Origin: an uncultured bacterium | GTDB lineage: Bacteria > Bacillota_I > Bacilli_A > RFN20 > CAG-826 | Length of the DNA: 64,000 bases | Direction: 5' to 3' | NCBI GenBank assembly: GCA_949285325.1 | Contig: CASDYZ010000007.1 | Span: forward strand, 82,657 to 146,656 | In this document: positions 52,135 to 62,574 of the stretch, piece after piece | Numbering within the stretch: the stretch's first letter is position 1 | How the letters are laid out: the number at the start of each line of letters is the position of its first letter | Notes under the pieces: generated by a model | The model's input: only the letters and a program-made list of their open reading frames with translations | Told to the model about the DNA's origin: nothing | Database searches by the model: none | Made by a program: the position numbers and the translations under genes

Positions 52135-52839
52135 ATGGAATTTAAAGACAAACTTAAAAAATTAAGAACAGAAAATGGTTTGACACAAGAAGCGTTAGCA
52201 GAAGCGATACACGTCTCTAGAAGTGCGATAGCAAAATATGAAAATGGTAATGGTTATCCATCTAAAGAGACGCTAGAGTCTCTTGCTTATTATTTTGGTG
52301 TTGATATAAGTGAATTAGAAAGCGACGAGATAATTGTCAAAAGAAAGAAAAAGAAAAACATCATTAAAATCATATTAATTGTATTCTCAAGTATCATTGG
52401 GGCAATCGGTCTAGGTTTAGCGGGATTCGCCATTTATTTTGAACTCAACAAACTACCAACTGGCGGGATGGTAGAATTTAATGCCTCAAAAATAGGTTTA
52501 AATGCCTGTAAAGAAATGAGAGAAATTACTTTACATGGACATACATTTACTTACTACAACGTTAAATCTAACGAAAAAGGTGAATGGATCTTGGTGGATG
52601 AGACATCGCATATAATTAACACTGACATCATCTTTGGCTTTAGACTAAAAAGTGGTGATAAAGTATCAATCAATGGATATTATAACGACGAAGCAGAAAT
52701 TTATAATAATGTATCTAAAGCGTATCCTGGATACACTGATTATTCGATAAGAGATTATGGATTTATCATTGAAGTAAAAGATGACACTGAGGTGCCACCT
52801 GAAGGGATAAATTTAGGAATAATGATGCATTGGTGTTAA
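52135..52839 (+). CDS. Membrane-anchored XRE-family HTH transcriptional regulator
   Basis: N-terminal Cro/C1 HTH (LRTENGLTQEALAEAIHVSRSAIAKYENG), a single TM helix (IIKIILIVFSSIIGAIGLGLAGFAIYF) and a roughly 130-aa C-terminal extracytoplasmic domain. Confidence 0.7.
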   Translation: MEFKDKLKKLRTENGLTQEALAEAIHVSRSAIAKYENGNGYPSKETLESLAYYFGVDISELESDEIIVKRKKKKNIIKIILIVFSSIIGAIGLGLAGFAIYFELNKLPTGGMVEFNASKIGLNACKEMREITLHGHTFTYYNVKSNEKGEWILVDETSHIINTDIIFGFRLKSGDKVSINGYYNDEAEIYNNVSKAYPGYTDYSIRDYGFIIEVKDDTEVPPEGINLGIMMHWC

Positions 52840-52872
52840 AATTAATGCAAATTAAAGATATTTTAATTAAAT

Positions 52873-53703
52873 TTACAATATTATTTTAACGATAGTAATG
52901 TCGTCGATAACTTTAAAACGATTATATTTATTAAAATCTATATCAGAGTATGCTTTTTCTTTTATTTCGTTAAATAATATATCTAAATCATCTTTGCTAT
53001 TTATTTTTGATATTGTTTCATCCATAGATTTATAAATGTTAAAAGTGGACCATATATCTTCAAACCCATCAGTTAATAAACTTATGGATGATATATCTTT
53101 TTTCTCTATAGATTCGTGAGAAAAATTAAACACCCCATCACGTGAACAAGTATATATCGCATACCCTTCTTTTTTATTTGCTTTAAGCCGATGTTTGATC
53201 AATATATCGTTATTATTTTGTCTAGCTTTTTTAAAACTGACATTATTTTTTAAGGCGTATTCTTTCATGACATTTAACGATATATCGTCTAATTTAACTA
53301 GTTCTTGTTGTTGATAATTTTTAAATTGGTGCTCTTTATTTTCTATTACGATTTGACTATCACCAATATAATCTAAATTTATTCTATTATCATCAATATT
53401 GACGACGACCATCCCGACACTAGGTAAGATAGACATATCAGCGTTATTTAAAAAATATTGTTCATAATATTTGATACTTATTTTTTTAAGTGCATCTTTT
53501 AAATGTATATATTTTTTAGGTAGATGTCTTTTTATGTAATTGACGAAATGGGCGCCGGTGGAGGGGAGAAGAGAAGAAGGGACAAGTCCAGTCGCCCCAT
53601 CCATAACTAAAACATAATCATCACCGATGAAGAAACGATCTTCATTGTAATAATGTGATTTACGTGTTTTATAAATTAATGTTAAGTCTTTTTTAATATT
53701 CAT
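52873..53703 (-). CDS. PP2C-family serine/threonine protein phosphatase
   Basis: PP2C metal-binding motifs YNEDRF (motif 1), VMDGATG (motif 2), IGDSQIVI (motif 8) and LLTDGFED (motif 11). Its ATG abuts the TAA of the upstream gene (TAAATG). Confidence 0.6.
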   Translation of the reverse strand: MNIKKDLTLIYKTRKSHYYNEDRFFIGDDYVLVMDGATGLVPSSLLPSTGAHFVNYIKRHLPKKYIHLKDALKKISIKYYEQYFLNNADMSILPSVGMVVVNIDDNRINLDYIGDSQIVIENKEHQFKNYQQQELVKLDDISLNVMKEYALKNNVSFKKARQNNNDILIKHRLKANKKEGYAIYTCSRDGVFNFSHESIEKKDISSISLLTDGFEDIWSTFNIYKSMDETISKINSKDDLDILFNEIKEKAYSDIDFNKYNRFKVIDDITIVKIIL

Positions 53704-54939
53704 TTAGATAATACCTGCAGTGATTAAAGAGGCGGTTAGGATAAGAGCCCCTATACATAGGATAATTATAGAATATATTTTTTGTTTTTTCTTTAAATCG
53801 TCTAACACTAGGCTAACACCAACTAAACATATACCCAATAAAATTAGTATCAAACCGAGGTAGGCACATATATATAGTACGATTCTAATTGGTTCATCGA
53901 CTCTAGCGAATATTTCAATGCTACCTAATAAGAAACCTAACAACGCTGTCATGATAGATATGACTTTAAAATTGTCAGTCTTAATAGATTTAAGTGTCTC
54001 ATAATTGCTATTTGATGTATCAAACGCTTGTATTAATGATATGTTATTTGCGATTAATTTATATGAGTCGATTGTTGATTTATTAGGAGAAGATGATTCA
54101 TATACTTTTTGTATCCCTTTATTTATGCTTTCTAGTGCGAGTGCGTATTCGTGTGAGAGGGCGAGTAGTCTTCCTCTAGTGACATAGTATTTGTCATATA
54201 CTTTTAAATTGTATTTAACTGCCTCATTTATTTTGTCATTGAATATTTTTTGCTCTTCATCATATTCTTTATCTTTTAACAATTTAATATTGTCTATCGA
54301 GTTATTTTTCTCCGCCTCTTTAATCAAATCGTTAATTTTATTTAAAGCGTCTTTAATTTGCTTTTGTCCGACATTATCTTCTTTCTCATCTTTTAAATCG
54401 AGATGTCTTTCATAATATATGGCAATCATCTCACAGTAGTGATGGATGATGCCAGGTTGAGTTGAAAGAGATGGGTGTTCTTTTCTCATCCTTTCTGACT
54501 GTTTTATCAATCTATCGTATTTATCGTAAAATTTAGGTGAATTAGCTTTATTTAATAAATCGATATGTTTTTTAATTGGATAGTTGTTAAATTCAAAACC
54601 AAATTGTTCAACTTCTTGTAGATAAAATGTTTCCATCTCAGAAAAATTGTTTTGTCTTCGATAATAAGTAAAGACAATCCAAAAATAAGTAAAGATAATA
54701 TCTAATTGTTCACCTTGTCTTTGTTTAGGATTCTTAATATAAGCATCCTTTTCACTTTGATAAATATTTTTTATTTGATTTATAAGGTTATTAGATGCAA
54801 TTAATTTACTTAATTCTGTCACTTGACATTCATACTGACGGCTACTAAAAAAATCTTTATCGTCATCATTATTAGTCGTCTCTTTTTTAAGTTCACATAT
54901 ACTTTTAATGTACTGTTTAATATTAACTAAATACTTCAT
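53704..54939 (-). CDS. Hypothetical alpha-helical protein with two C-terminal transmembrane helices, co-operonic with the PP2C phosphatase
   Basis: 411 aa with a soluble helical N-domain and two long hydrophobic helices near the C-terminus. Its stop is directly fused to the PP2C start. Confidence 0.45.
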   Translation of the reverse strand: MKYLVNIKQYIKSICELKKETTNNDDDKDFFSSRQYECQVTELSKLIASNNLINQIKNIYQSEKDAYIKNPKQRQGEQLDIIFTYFWIVFTYYRRQNNFSEMETFYLQEVEQFGFEFNNYPIKKHIDLLNKANSPKFYDKYDRLIKQSERMRKEHPSLSTQPGIIHHYCEMIAIYYERHLDLKDEKEDNVGQKQIKDALNKINDLIKEAEKNNSIDNIKLLKDKEYDEEQKIFNDKINEAVKYNLKVYDKYYVTRGRLLALSHEYALALESINKGIQKVYESSSPNKSTIDSYKLIANNISLIQAFDTSNSNYETLKSIKTDNFKVISIMTALLGFLLGSIEIFARVDEPIRIVLYICAYLGLILILLGICLVGVSLVLDDLKKKQKIYSIIILCIGALILTASLITAGII

Positions 54940-54959
54940 ATTTTTTATCCTTTCTTAAA

Positions 54960-56987
54960 TCAAAAACTAATTCTAATCGAAGGGCGAACACCAGTGTCGG
55001 ATAAAGTAGGAGAAGTAGCCCTAAACATCCCGTTATCGATAATAGCCATTACGGATGAGGAGTTATAGTTATATGGTGTCCTTGTCCAATAATCTGACCT
55101 TTCGTTATCTAATACATAACCGCCAATGGCTTTAAAATAGTCACTCACAATTCCTGCCCTTGCTTCGTCGATGGTGTTTTCTTTTTTAAATTCAAAACTT
55201 GTCAAATCTTTATAGCTGAGCGGATAGACATAGTCATCTGTATCCTCACAAATATAAGGGTGATCTTCATCCATCGTTGAAGCACTAGAATTATCGACAG
55301 TAGTTAATAATATTCTATCTCTTTCTTCCTCACTAAAAGCTTTATTTAAAAACTCATCATTTAAAAATGTTCTTAAAGTTGAAGAAGCGTAATTATTACT
55401 CAAGGTGGCACTAAACTCATGGGCATCTAAAATGTATTTACTAAAAAGTAGAAACCCTTCATTATCTTCATCTAATATATCCCACTCGATTGGCTTGACA
55501 TTAAAATAATACGTTTCACCAGCACTGACTATTGTCCCATCGCTAAACACATAATCCACACCAGCGGGATTTGCTTCTACTTTTACATATTCATTATTGT
55601 TATATGAATAGTAACCATTTTCGTTTGGTGTAACATTATTTAAAACAACTTTCAACTGTTCATTTACGCTGTGGCCAACATAACTTTGAGGATATTTACC
55701 AAATGTCAATTCTTCTTGTTTCTCGTATGGGAATAAAGTCGTCCCGATATTACTAACTTTAGTATCTATAACCGCCGGATGATAACTACCGCCTTCATCT
55801 TTTTTAATTGCCTCGTAATGGATACTTATATCTTGGATGACATTATTTTCATCGACATTTAAAGTGACATACGCTTGTGATATATCAAGAATTTGATAAT
55901 TAAATCCAATGAACGGTAAGGCGGGATCAAAATATCTTAAATAGTACATGTATCCATTTGCAAAATCAAAGCCACCGAGGATGTCATATACATTATTTCC
56001 TAGTGGTCTAAATAGATATGGTGTCATACTGACTTTAGTTAAATAGTCTTTGACAGTCGCACTTATCGCATTTTCACCTTTTCTAATATAAAGATTATTT
56101 TCCACATCGATATCGACTGGATATAATCCGTATTCATATTGGGCAAATACTTTGGTGTTATCTCCCTTTTTAATAAGTAGTCCATCGTTAGACGCTTCGA
56201 CGTGTGTCTTATCTTTGACGTCATTGACACTTATATCGATGTTGAGAGTGTAATTACCCCCGTTTAAAATAGTTAACATCTGATTAATTTTATTTAAATC
56301 ATCTTGAGGATAAGTATTAGGATTTAAACAACTTGCGATACCTGGCATGTTAATGTCACTTATATTGACACTTACAAAAGTCGCGTCGACATTATAAGAG
56401 GCATCGTTTTGGTCTATCGTCCCAATAAATTTAAATTGTTTGACACTTCTATCGTCATTTAATGTAACTTCTATTTTATTAGTGCTACCAAAATCCATAT
56501 GTATCAATGTATAGATTAATTGGTTTTTATCTTCTAAGGTATAAGTGAATTTGTCGTGTGAATCAATTTCAACATCATCAGCATTTATGTTATTAAAAGG
56601 TGAGACTACATATTCGTCAAAAGGGATATAGTTAACTGTGTCTTGACTTAGGTAGGCGACATCATCAATACGACCTTCATTATTTAATAGATACGACATC
56701 GATTCACCATTTAATCCTTCAAATATATTCTCATACTGCATCGATATATCATTGACTTCTATTTTAGTGTAGTATCTTCTTACTCCCACCTCATAACTAG
56801 CGTACGTCGTCGTTTTAATTGTCTTATTTTTGTAGTAGCCGCCATCGATTTTAATCGTGCCTTTTATAGATATTTCACTTTGTAGTTGTTTAAGTGCGTT
56901 ATCGAGAGTGTCTCTATCCATTTCGCTAGGTGAACAACTAACAATAGATAAACATAAGAACGGAATAATTAAATTTTTAAATTTCAT
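54960..56987 (-). CDS. Hypothetical surface lipoprotein with DUF6273-like C-terminal domain
   Basis: Signal peptide plus lipobox (LSIVSCSP). The C-terminal motif SDYWTRTP...GVRPSIRI resembles the YWWLRSP/VRPA pattern of a Firmicute surface-protein domain. It lies 20 nt upstream of the next minus-strand gene. Confidence 0.5.
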   Translation of the reverse strand: MKFKNLIIPFLCLSIVSCSPSEMDRDTLDNALKQLQSEISIKGTIKIDGGYYKNKTIKTTTYASYEVGVRRYYTKIEVNDISMQYENIFEGLNGESMSYLLNNEGRIDDVAYLSQDTVNYIPFDEYVVSPFNNINADDVEIDSHDKFTYTLEDKNQLIYTLIHMDFGSTNKIEVTLNDDRSVKQFKFIGTIDQNDASYNVDATFVSVNISDINMPGIASCLNPNTYPQDDLNKINQMLTILNGGNYTLNIDISVNDVKDKTHVEASNDGLLIKKGDNTKVFAQYEYGLYPVDIDVENNLYIRKGENAISATVKDYLTKVSMTPYLFRPLGNNVYDILGGFDFANGYMYYLRYFDPALPFIGFNYQILDISQAYVTLNVDENNVIQDISIHYEAIKKDEGGSYHPAVIDTKVSNIGTTLFPYEKQEELTFGKYPQSYVGHSVNEQLKVVLNNVTPNENGYYSYNNNEYVKVEANPAGVDYVFSDGTIVSAGETYYFNVKPIEWDILDEDNEGFLLFSKYILDAHEFSATLSNNYASSTLRTFLNDEFLNKAFSEEERDRILLTTVDNSSASTMDEDHPYICEDTDDYVYPLSYKDLTSFEFKKENTIDEARAGIVSDYFKAIGGYVLDNERSDYWTRTPYNYNSSSVMAIIDNGMFRATSPTLSDTGVRPSIRISF

Positions 56988-57301
56988 ATTATTTTTTCTT
57001 CTTTATTAACATTATATCACGATTGATTTTAATAATTATTGAAGATTATTAATTAATTTTAATCAATATGTTCAATTAAATTGCTTTATGTTAAAAATAA
57101 GTGCGAAATTGAATATATTATCGATGTATTTTTAAATATTTTTATTGAAATAAAATTGTTAAAGAAAATGGATATGAGAGTTGATAGAGGACTATATCTA
57201 GCTAGGAAAGAAAAAGGCTTAAACATTTTAACGACACTCAACATTACTTCCGATTTATTATTTAAAGTATTTCAAAATAAAAATAAAGGAGAAAATAATC
57301 G

Positions 57302-58919
57302 ATGAAACACTTTAAAACATTATTTTTGTTTTTACCATTATTGGGTTTAGTAAGTACCTCACTCTATGGGTGTGGAAAACAAGGTGAAGATAGCTCTTCT
57401 TCAATTACAACTAGTCAAACTAGTGAAGAAACTTCTTCTTCGTCTATTGAACTAGAAATTTCACTTCAAATACTCGATGGCGATATTATCGGGTTGGATG
57501 TCGGTGATACTTATCAACTCAATGTGTCGGTAGTCAATAGTGAGTTTACCCCTACCTTTTACCTCATCAAATGAAGATGTCACTTCTATTAATGAAGATG
57601 GCTTGATAAGTGCGATTAGTGAAGGAAGTACCATAATAAGTGCATCTATTGGAGATGTGATTGATTCAATTGAAGTAGTGGTTAATCCTATTCAACAAGA
57701 AGGCAGTGTACAAACTTATTTATATGTATTAAATCAAAGCGATTTTACTGGTTCAGGATATGATACAAGCGCGGGGAGTGCATATATAGATGGTTTAACT
57801 TGGGACTATGAAGCCTTCCCGTTTTTAGGGCAGAGTGCGGATGGCGTACAAATTGGTTCAAATAAACAACCACCTAGAGATGGTTGGACCATATCGACTA
57901 CTTTCCCTGGCGAGATAATTATGCTCAATTATGAAATTACTTTAAAGACAAATTCCCCTGCCTCTTATAAAGTGAGTATGGGAGAATATGTCAGCGAAGA
58001 AGAAATCCCGGGGAATAGCGTCACGACAGTATATGGTGAAGAAGGATTAGATATAAAGACCACTGATTCCTCTTTAACATTAACCAACCAAACCAAAGCA
58101 GTATACCTATATTCTATTTACTTAGAACTATTCGTCCCTGAAGGAGTAGATTTATCTTTGACTATTAAAGAAGATGAATTAACTCCTATCCAGCCTGGCG
58201 AAGGGGATGTGCCCAATGTCAATTATGAATTAATTGATAAAGAACAATATTATTCTTCTATAGATTTTAATAGTGACGCGTCAACACTAAAGGAAGAACT
58301 ATCCACACTTATATCGAACATGACTAGAATTAGTTATGGCGATGATACATATATCATGATTTACACTGATGAAAGTGTAGAAAAGCTTGGTACGTTATAT
58401 GGTATATATGGCGGTGATGAAATAGCCGCTGAGGCGGACGGCACATGGAATAAAGAGCACGTTTGGGTGTGTTCGCAGATGAAGAAAGATGGGGTTGATC
58501 CACGCCCTAGCAGTGACGATAAAAACCACGCGACAGACTTGCACAATCTTCGTGTCGCTTGTCAAAATAGCAATGGCCAACATGGCAATAAATTTTATGA
58601 CAACACCAATGGGGATATAACCTTTTTCCCTAACATTGAAGATGATGGCTCAGCAGTTCATGAATATAAAGGTGACCACCGAGGCGATCTAGCAAGAATT
58701 TTATTTTACATGGCTATTCGTTATGATTTCTTATCTTTAACAGATGATATTGAAAATGCAAACGATACATCAATGGGTCGATTATCTGTCTTATTAGAAT
58801 GGCACAAACTTGATCCAGCCGATGAATTTGAAACGCAAAGAAACAACCGTATTTATGAATTCCAAGGTAATCGTAATCCATTTATTGATTATCCTGGATT
58901 AGTTGATGTTTTATATTAG
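57302..58919 (+). pseudogene. Frameshifted lipoprotein extracellular nuclease (Endonuclease I family plus Big_2 domain), third paralog
   Basis: ORFs 57302-57574 and 57540-58919 are two frames of one gene. Signal plus lipobox (LYGCG), a Big_2 domain split at GAGTTTA (about 57546-57552; one T fewer would restore SELPLPFTSSNEDV). C-terminal Endonuclease I motifs NKEHVWVCS...DLHNLRVACQNSNGQHGNKFYD...LARILFYMAIRY. Confidence 0.7.
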
Positions 58920-59068
58920 TTTTTAATCAAAATAGTGGGTTTTTAAAGCGTTATTTGTTTTTAACTATAGTTTTTGATTATTTTTATCATTATTTTGTAA
59001 AAAAGTGATAACTTGCATTGATTAATTTTGTTATTTAATATTAATTTATTCAAAAATAAAGTTGATTT

Positions 59069-62000
59069 ATGGAACTATCAGTTAAAAATGCGCTTTACGA
59101 GTCGATAATGAACAATAAATGGCTCGACATCATCTATGTCAATAAAGCAAGTGAGACGACTTATTACTATATTGGTATAAAAGATATCGATGTAGAAAAA
59201 GATTTGATTTTATGCGACATCTTTAACGCATATAAAAAAGATAAAAAAGATTTAAATAATGTCAGTATTAAAATAAGTGGGATTAAAAAAGCAAAGATAC
59301 TCGACGCATCTTTTTACGACACACCTCTTACGTTAGTCAATAAGATTAATAATGATAAAAATATTATTAATTATTTAGATGTCATCAACTACGATAACAA
59401 CATCCTAAGATATTTATCCGACTGCTATAAAGCTGACAGTGATCCTTATTTAAAACATTCAGTGACAATCGATGGGGTGGATAACCACACATTGATAGAA
59501 AAAAGTAAATACAAATTAGATGAAAAGCAATTTGAAGATATATTAAATAAAGTTTTTAAAAAGCCTTTATATGACGCGGAAGTGATGAATAGATATCAAC
59601 AACTCGCCATTAATAAATTTTCTATCGACATAAACGATAAGCAGTATGTCGTCGCGTATAAAGAACTTTTTATCAATTTTAAAGACAAGACTTTAAGAGT
59701 GTCTAAAAAGACATTTTTCAATAAATCTTTTTTAGTCGATGAAGATAAAAAGATGACATTGAGTATGTATATAGATATGAATCAAGATGAGTTTTGTGCC
59801 TCGTATGATGAACATGAAAGAGAATATATCGAATTGATTCAATCGAATTTCAAAAGAGGGGAAAAAGTAAATACCCGCCCATCGATATTCTTCTTAGAAA
59901 GAAATGTCACCTATGGTGTCGATATGGCGTGTGAATCTATATACGCTTTAGATAGTGAAAATAAATTGACTCTTCCCTTAAAAGCGTTCTTCGGGAGAAA
60001 TAGACCATCGAAAGGTTCATCTAAAGAAGTTAACATCGTCGTCTTTGATAAGACAAAAATAAATATTGATCAAATTAGAGTGATATACTCCGCGATGCTC
60101 AACCACGTAACATATGTCAAAGGTCCACCTGGCACTGGTAAGACAGAAACTATTTTTAATGTCATATTATCCGCCTATTCAAACAATAAAACTGTTTTAA
60201 TTTGTTCTAATAACAATCATCCAGTTAATGACATCTATAGCAAGATGCAAAAATTTATGGTTAAAACTAACTATAGAACTAAAAAAGAAGAAGATATATT
60301 GTTCCCTATAATTAGATTAGGCAACAACCTCGAAGTTGTTGAATCTATGAATACGATTAGATCGGTTGTAGATTTTATAAGTAGCAAAAATCTTAAGTCT
60401 TTAAAAGATGAAATAACTGAAACATCTAAAAGACGTTCGATGGATGGATTTAATAAATTAAAACAACTTTTAATTGAATATGAAGAAAGAGTGGACAATG
60501 AAGATAAATTGTCGACATTATTAAAAATTAAAAACATCACCAAAATTGACGCTTTAAATCAAAAATTAGATGAGCAGATAAAGGTATATGAAAATAAAAT
60601 AAAAAATGGTAGAGAAATAAGTGATGAAGATGTATTAGAATACGCTTTAAGTGCGAGCAAGGATACAAATTTTCAAAACTTTATCTACTATTCTTCTCTT
60701 GCAAGGTATAAGAAATTACTTAGCCCGTCATATAAAGATTTAATTGAAATATTAAATATTGAAGACACCATTGAGGCACTTAATCAATTTAATAAATATT
60801 TAAAAAACAACGACAATCTCAAAAAGTTTTTATCGGTCTTCCCTTTTGTCGTGTCGACAAATATATCTTGTGATAAATTAGGCAGTCCTTCTCCACATTT
60901 TGATTTAGTCATCATGGATGAAGCTGGGCAGTGCAATATCGCTTCTAGTTTAATACCTATCGTGAGAGGTAACGACCTACTTTTAGTGGGCGATACAAAT
61001 CAACTTCAACCAGTGACAGTAATAGAAGAGAGCACAAATGAGAGGCTGATGGATAAATACGGAGTTAAATCTGAATATGACTATATTAGAAATTCTATAT
61101 TATCGAGTATGATGAGAGTGGATAACAATTCTAAAAATATTCTTTTGAGATACCATTATCGATGTGGGAGAAAAATAGCAAATTTTTCTAACAAAAGATA
61201 TTACAATTCCCAGCTTAAACTCCTAAATAAACACGAAGGCAAATTGACGTACGTAAATGTTAAAAATATCTATAACAAAAATAGTAGAAATGCATACGAG
61301 CAAGAAGCTAGAGCAATTGTAGAGATAATTAAAAATAACAATTATAAAGATGTAGGTGTCATCACTCCTTTTGTCAATCAAGCAGCGTTAATAAATGAAT
61401 ATTTAATAAAAGAAGGTATAACCGATGTAAAAGCCGGGACTATTCACACCTTACAAGGTTCAGAAAAAAACACCATTATCATGAGTAGTGCCTTAAGTTT
61501 AAGAACTAGCAAGAACACTTTAAAGTGGATTGAAAACAATTATGAATTGATCAATGTCGCGGTGACTAGGGCAAAAGAACAATTTATTTTTGTCGGAGAT
61601 AAACAAGCGATAGACCTATTAAGTGGTAACAACAAAAGCGACATAAAAGTTTTGTCGGATTACGTGTATGCGAAAGGGGAGATATTCGTCCCAGAAAGCG
61701 AATTAAAAATAGTTAATGATTTTTCTAACAATTCAAAAAATGAAAAAGAATTCTTCGACACGATTGGACCATATTTTAATAGGAGAGGCACTAAATTTAA
61801 AATCGATGCGAATGTGCCACTTAATCAAGCATTAAATGCATTAAGTGCGCAGGACAAGGATATTTTTGGTAAAAAAGAATTCGATATTGTCGTGTCAGTC
61901 GGTGAAGGATTGATAAGAAAAAAATACCGCACTCTCGTGGTATTTGAAATTGATGGAGGAGAGCATATCGGTTTAAAAAGGCAATCGCGACTCGATAGAG

Positions 62001-62167
62001 AAAAAGAAATGATTTGTCAAAAATATGGTATAAAACTTATCCGTATACCTAATTCAGCAGTTAAAGACTATGAGATGATTATATCTTTATTTGAATATGT
62101 TGTAAGCGGACTACCTAGCATCGATAAAGCCTATTCTCGATTGTCGTTATTTGAAGATAATGATTAA
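59069..62167 (+). CDS. Upf1/DNA2-like superfamily 1 helicase with C-terminal Vsr/DUF559-like endonuclease-fold domain (Hhe/Nhi-like single-protein defence candidate)
   Basis: Walker A GPPGTGKTETIFNV, Walker B VIMDEAGQ, motifs V/VI GTIHTLQGSEKNTIIMS and NVAVTRAKEQFIFVGD. The C-terminal about 120 aa (FDIVVSVGEGLIRKKYRTLVVFEIDGGEHIG...REKEMICQKYGIKLIRIP) matches the DUF559/Vsr-like REase fold. Confidence 0.7.
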   Translation: MELSVKNALYESIMNNKWLDIIYVNKASETTYYYIGIKDIDVEKDLILCDIFNAYKKDKKDLNNVSIKISGIKKAKILDASFYDTPLTLVNKINNDKNIINYLDVINYDNNILRYLSDCYKADSDPYLKHSVTIDGVDNHTLIEKSKYKLDEKQFEDILNKVFKKPLYDAEVMNRYQQLAINKFSIDINDKQYVVAYKELFINFKDKTLRVSKKTFFNKSFLVDEDKKMTLSMYIDMNQDEFCASYDEHEREYIELIQSNFKRGEKVNTRPSIFFLERNVTYGVDMACESIYALDSENKLTLPLKAFFGRNRPSKGSSKEVNIVVFDKTKINIDQIRVIYSAMLNHVTYVKGPPGTGKTETIFNVILSAYSNNKTVLICSNNNHPVNDIYSKMQKFMVKTNYRTKKEEDILFPIIRLGNNLEVVESMNTIRSVVDFISSKNLKSLKDEITETSKRRSMDGFNKLKQLLIEYEERVDNEDKLSTLLKIKNITKIDALNQKLDEQIKVYENKIKNGREISDEDVLEYALSASKDTNFQNFIYYSSLARYKKLLSPSYKDLIEILNIEDTIEALNQFNKYLKNNDNLKKFLSVFPFVVSTNISCDKLGSPSPHFDLVIMDEAGQCNIASSLIPIVRGNDLLLVGDTNQLQPVTVIEESTNERLMDKYGVKSEYDYIRNSILSSMMRVDNNSKNILLRYHYRCGRKIANFSNKRYYNSQLKLLNKHEGKLTYVNVKNIYNKNSRNAYEQEARAIVEIIKNNNYKDVGVITPFVNQAALINEYLIKEGITDVKAGTIHTLQGSEKNTIIMSSALSLRTSKNTLKWIENNYELINVAVTRAKEQFIFVGDKQAIDLLSGNNKSDIKVLSDYVYAKGEIFVPESELKIVNDFSNNSKNEKEFFDTIGPYFNRRGTKFKIDANVPLNQALNALSAQDKDIFGKKEFDIVVSVGEGLIRKKYRTLVVFEIDGGEHIGLKRQSRLDREKEMICQKYGIKLIRIPNSAVKDYEMIISLFEYVVSGLPSIDKAYSRLSLFEDND

Positions 62168-62574
62168 AAGACATAGATAATTAATAATTCTATTATTGGC
62201 CAAACTACATATATGATGATAGATATTAAACTTAACCAACTTAAAAAATTTTTATTACACCTAAATTGAAACACAAGAGTGGATAACGTATATCTAAAAA
62301 CATATATGTAAATTAAAAAACAAAATAAATATATAATCGCCCCTAAAATTAAAAAGACATAATAAAACACTAGATTACCATCGTTAAAATAATTAAAAGA
62401 ACTATCTATGACAAAACTAGCAAGATAAATTAATAAAGATAAAATTACGAGTGAGATAAAAGACACACATATACAATAAATAGCAAAATATTTGCTATTT
62501 TGTGCTTCATTTTTCGCTTTTAAAGTCTGATATTTGATTTCATATTTTTTATTTAAGTCATCGAGAAATTTCAT
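62164..62574 (-). CDS. Hypothetical small membrane protein
   Basis: 136 aa with four predicted hydrophobic helices. It overlaps the convergent helicase gene by 4 nt. Coding status is uncertain. Confidence 0.35.
   Translation of the reverse strand: MKFLDDLNKKYEIKYQTLKAKNEAQNSKYFAIYCICVSFISLVILSLLIYLASFVIDSSFNYFNDGNLVFYYVFLILGAIIYLFCFLIYIYVFRYTLSTLVFQFRCNKNFLSWLSLISIIIYVVWPIIELLIIYVF

Noticed and set aside
57081-57305. 74-aa ORF upstream of the frameshifted nuclease lipoprotein
   Set aside because: It is in an AT-rich promoter region, has no RBS and a low-complexity product, and overlaps the lipoprotein start. It is likely spurious.
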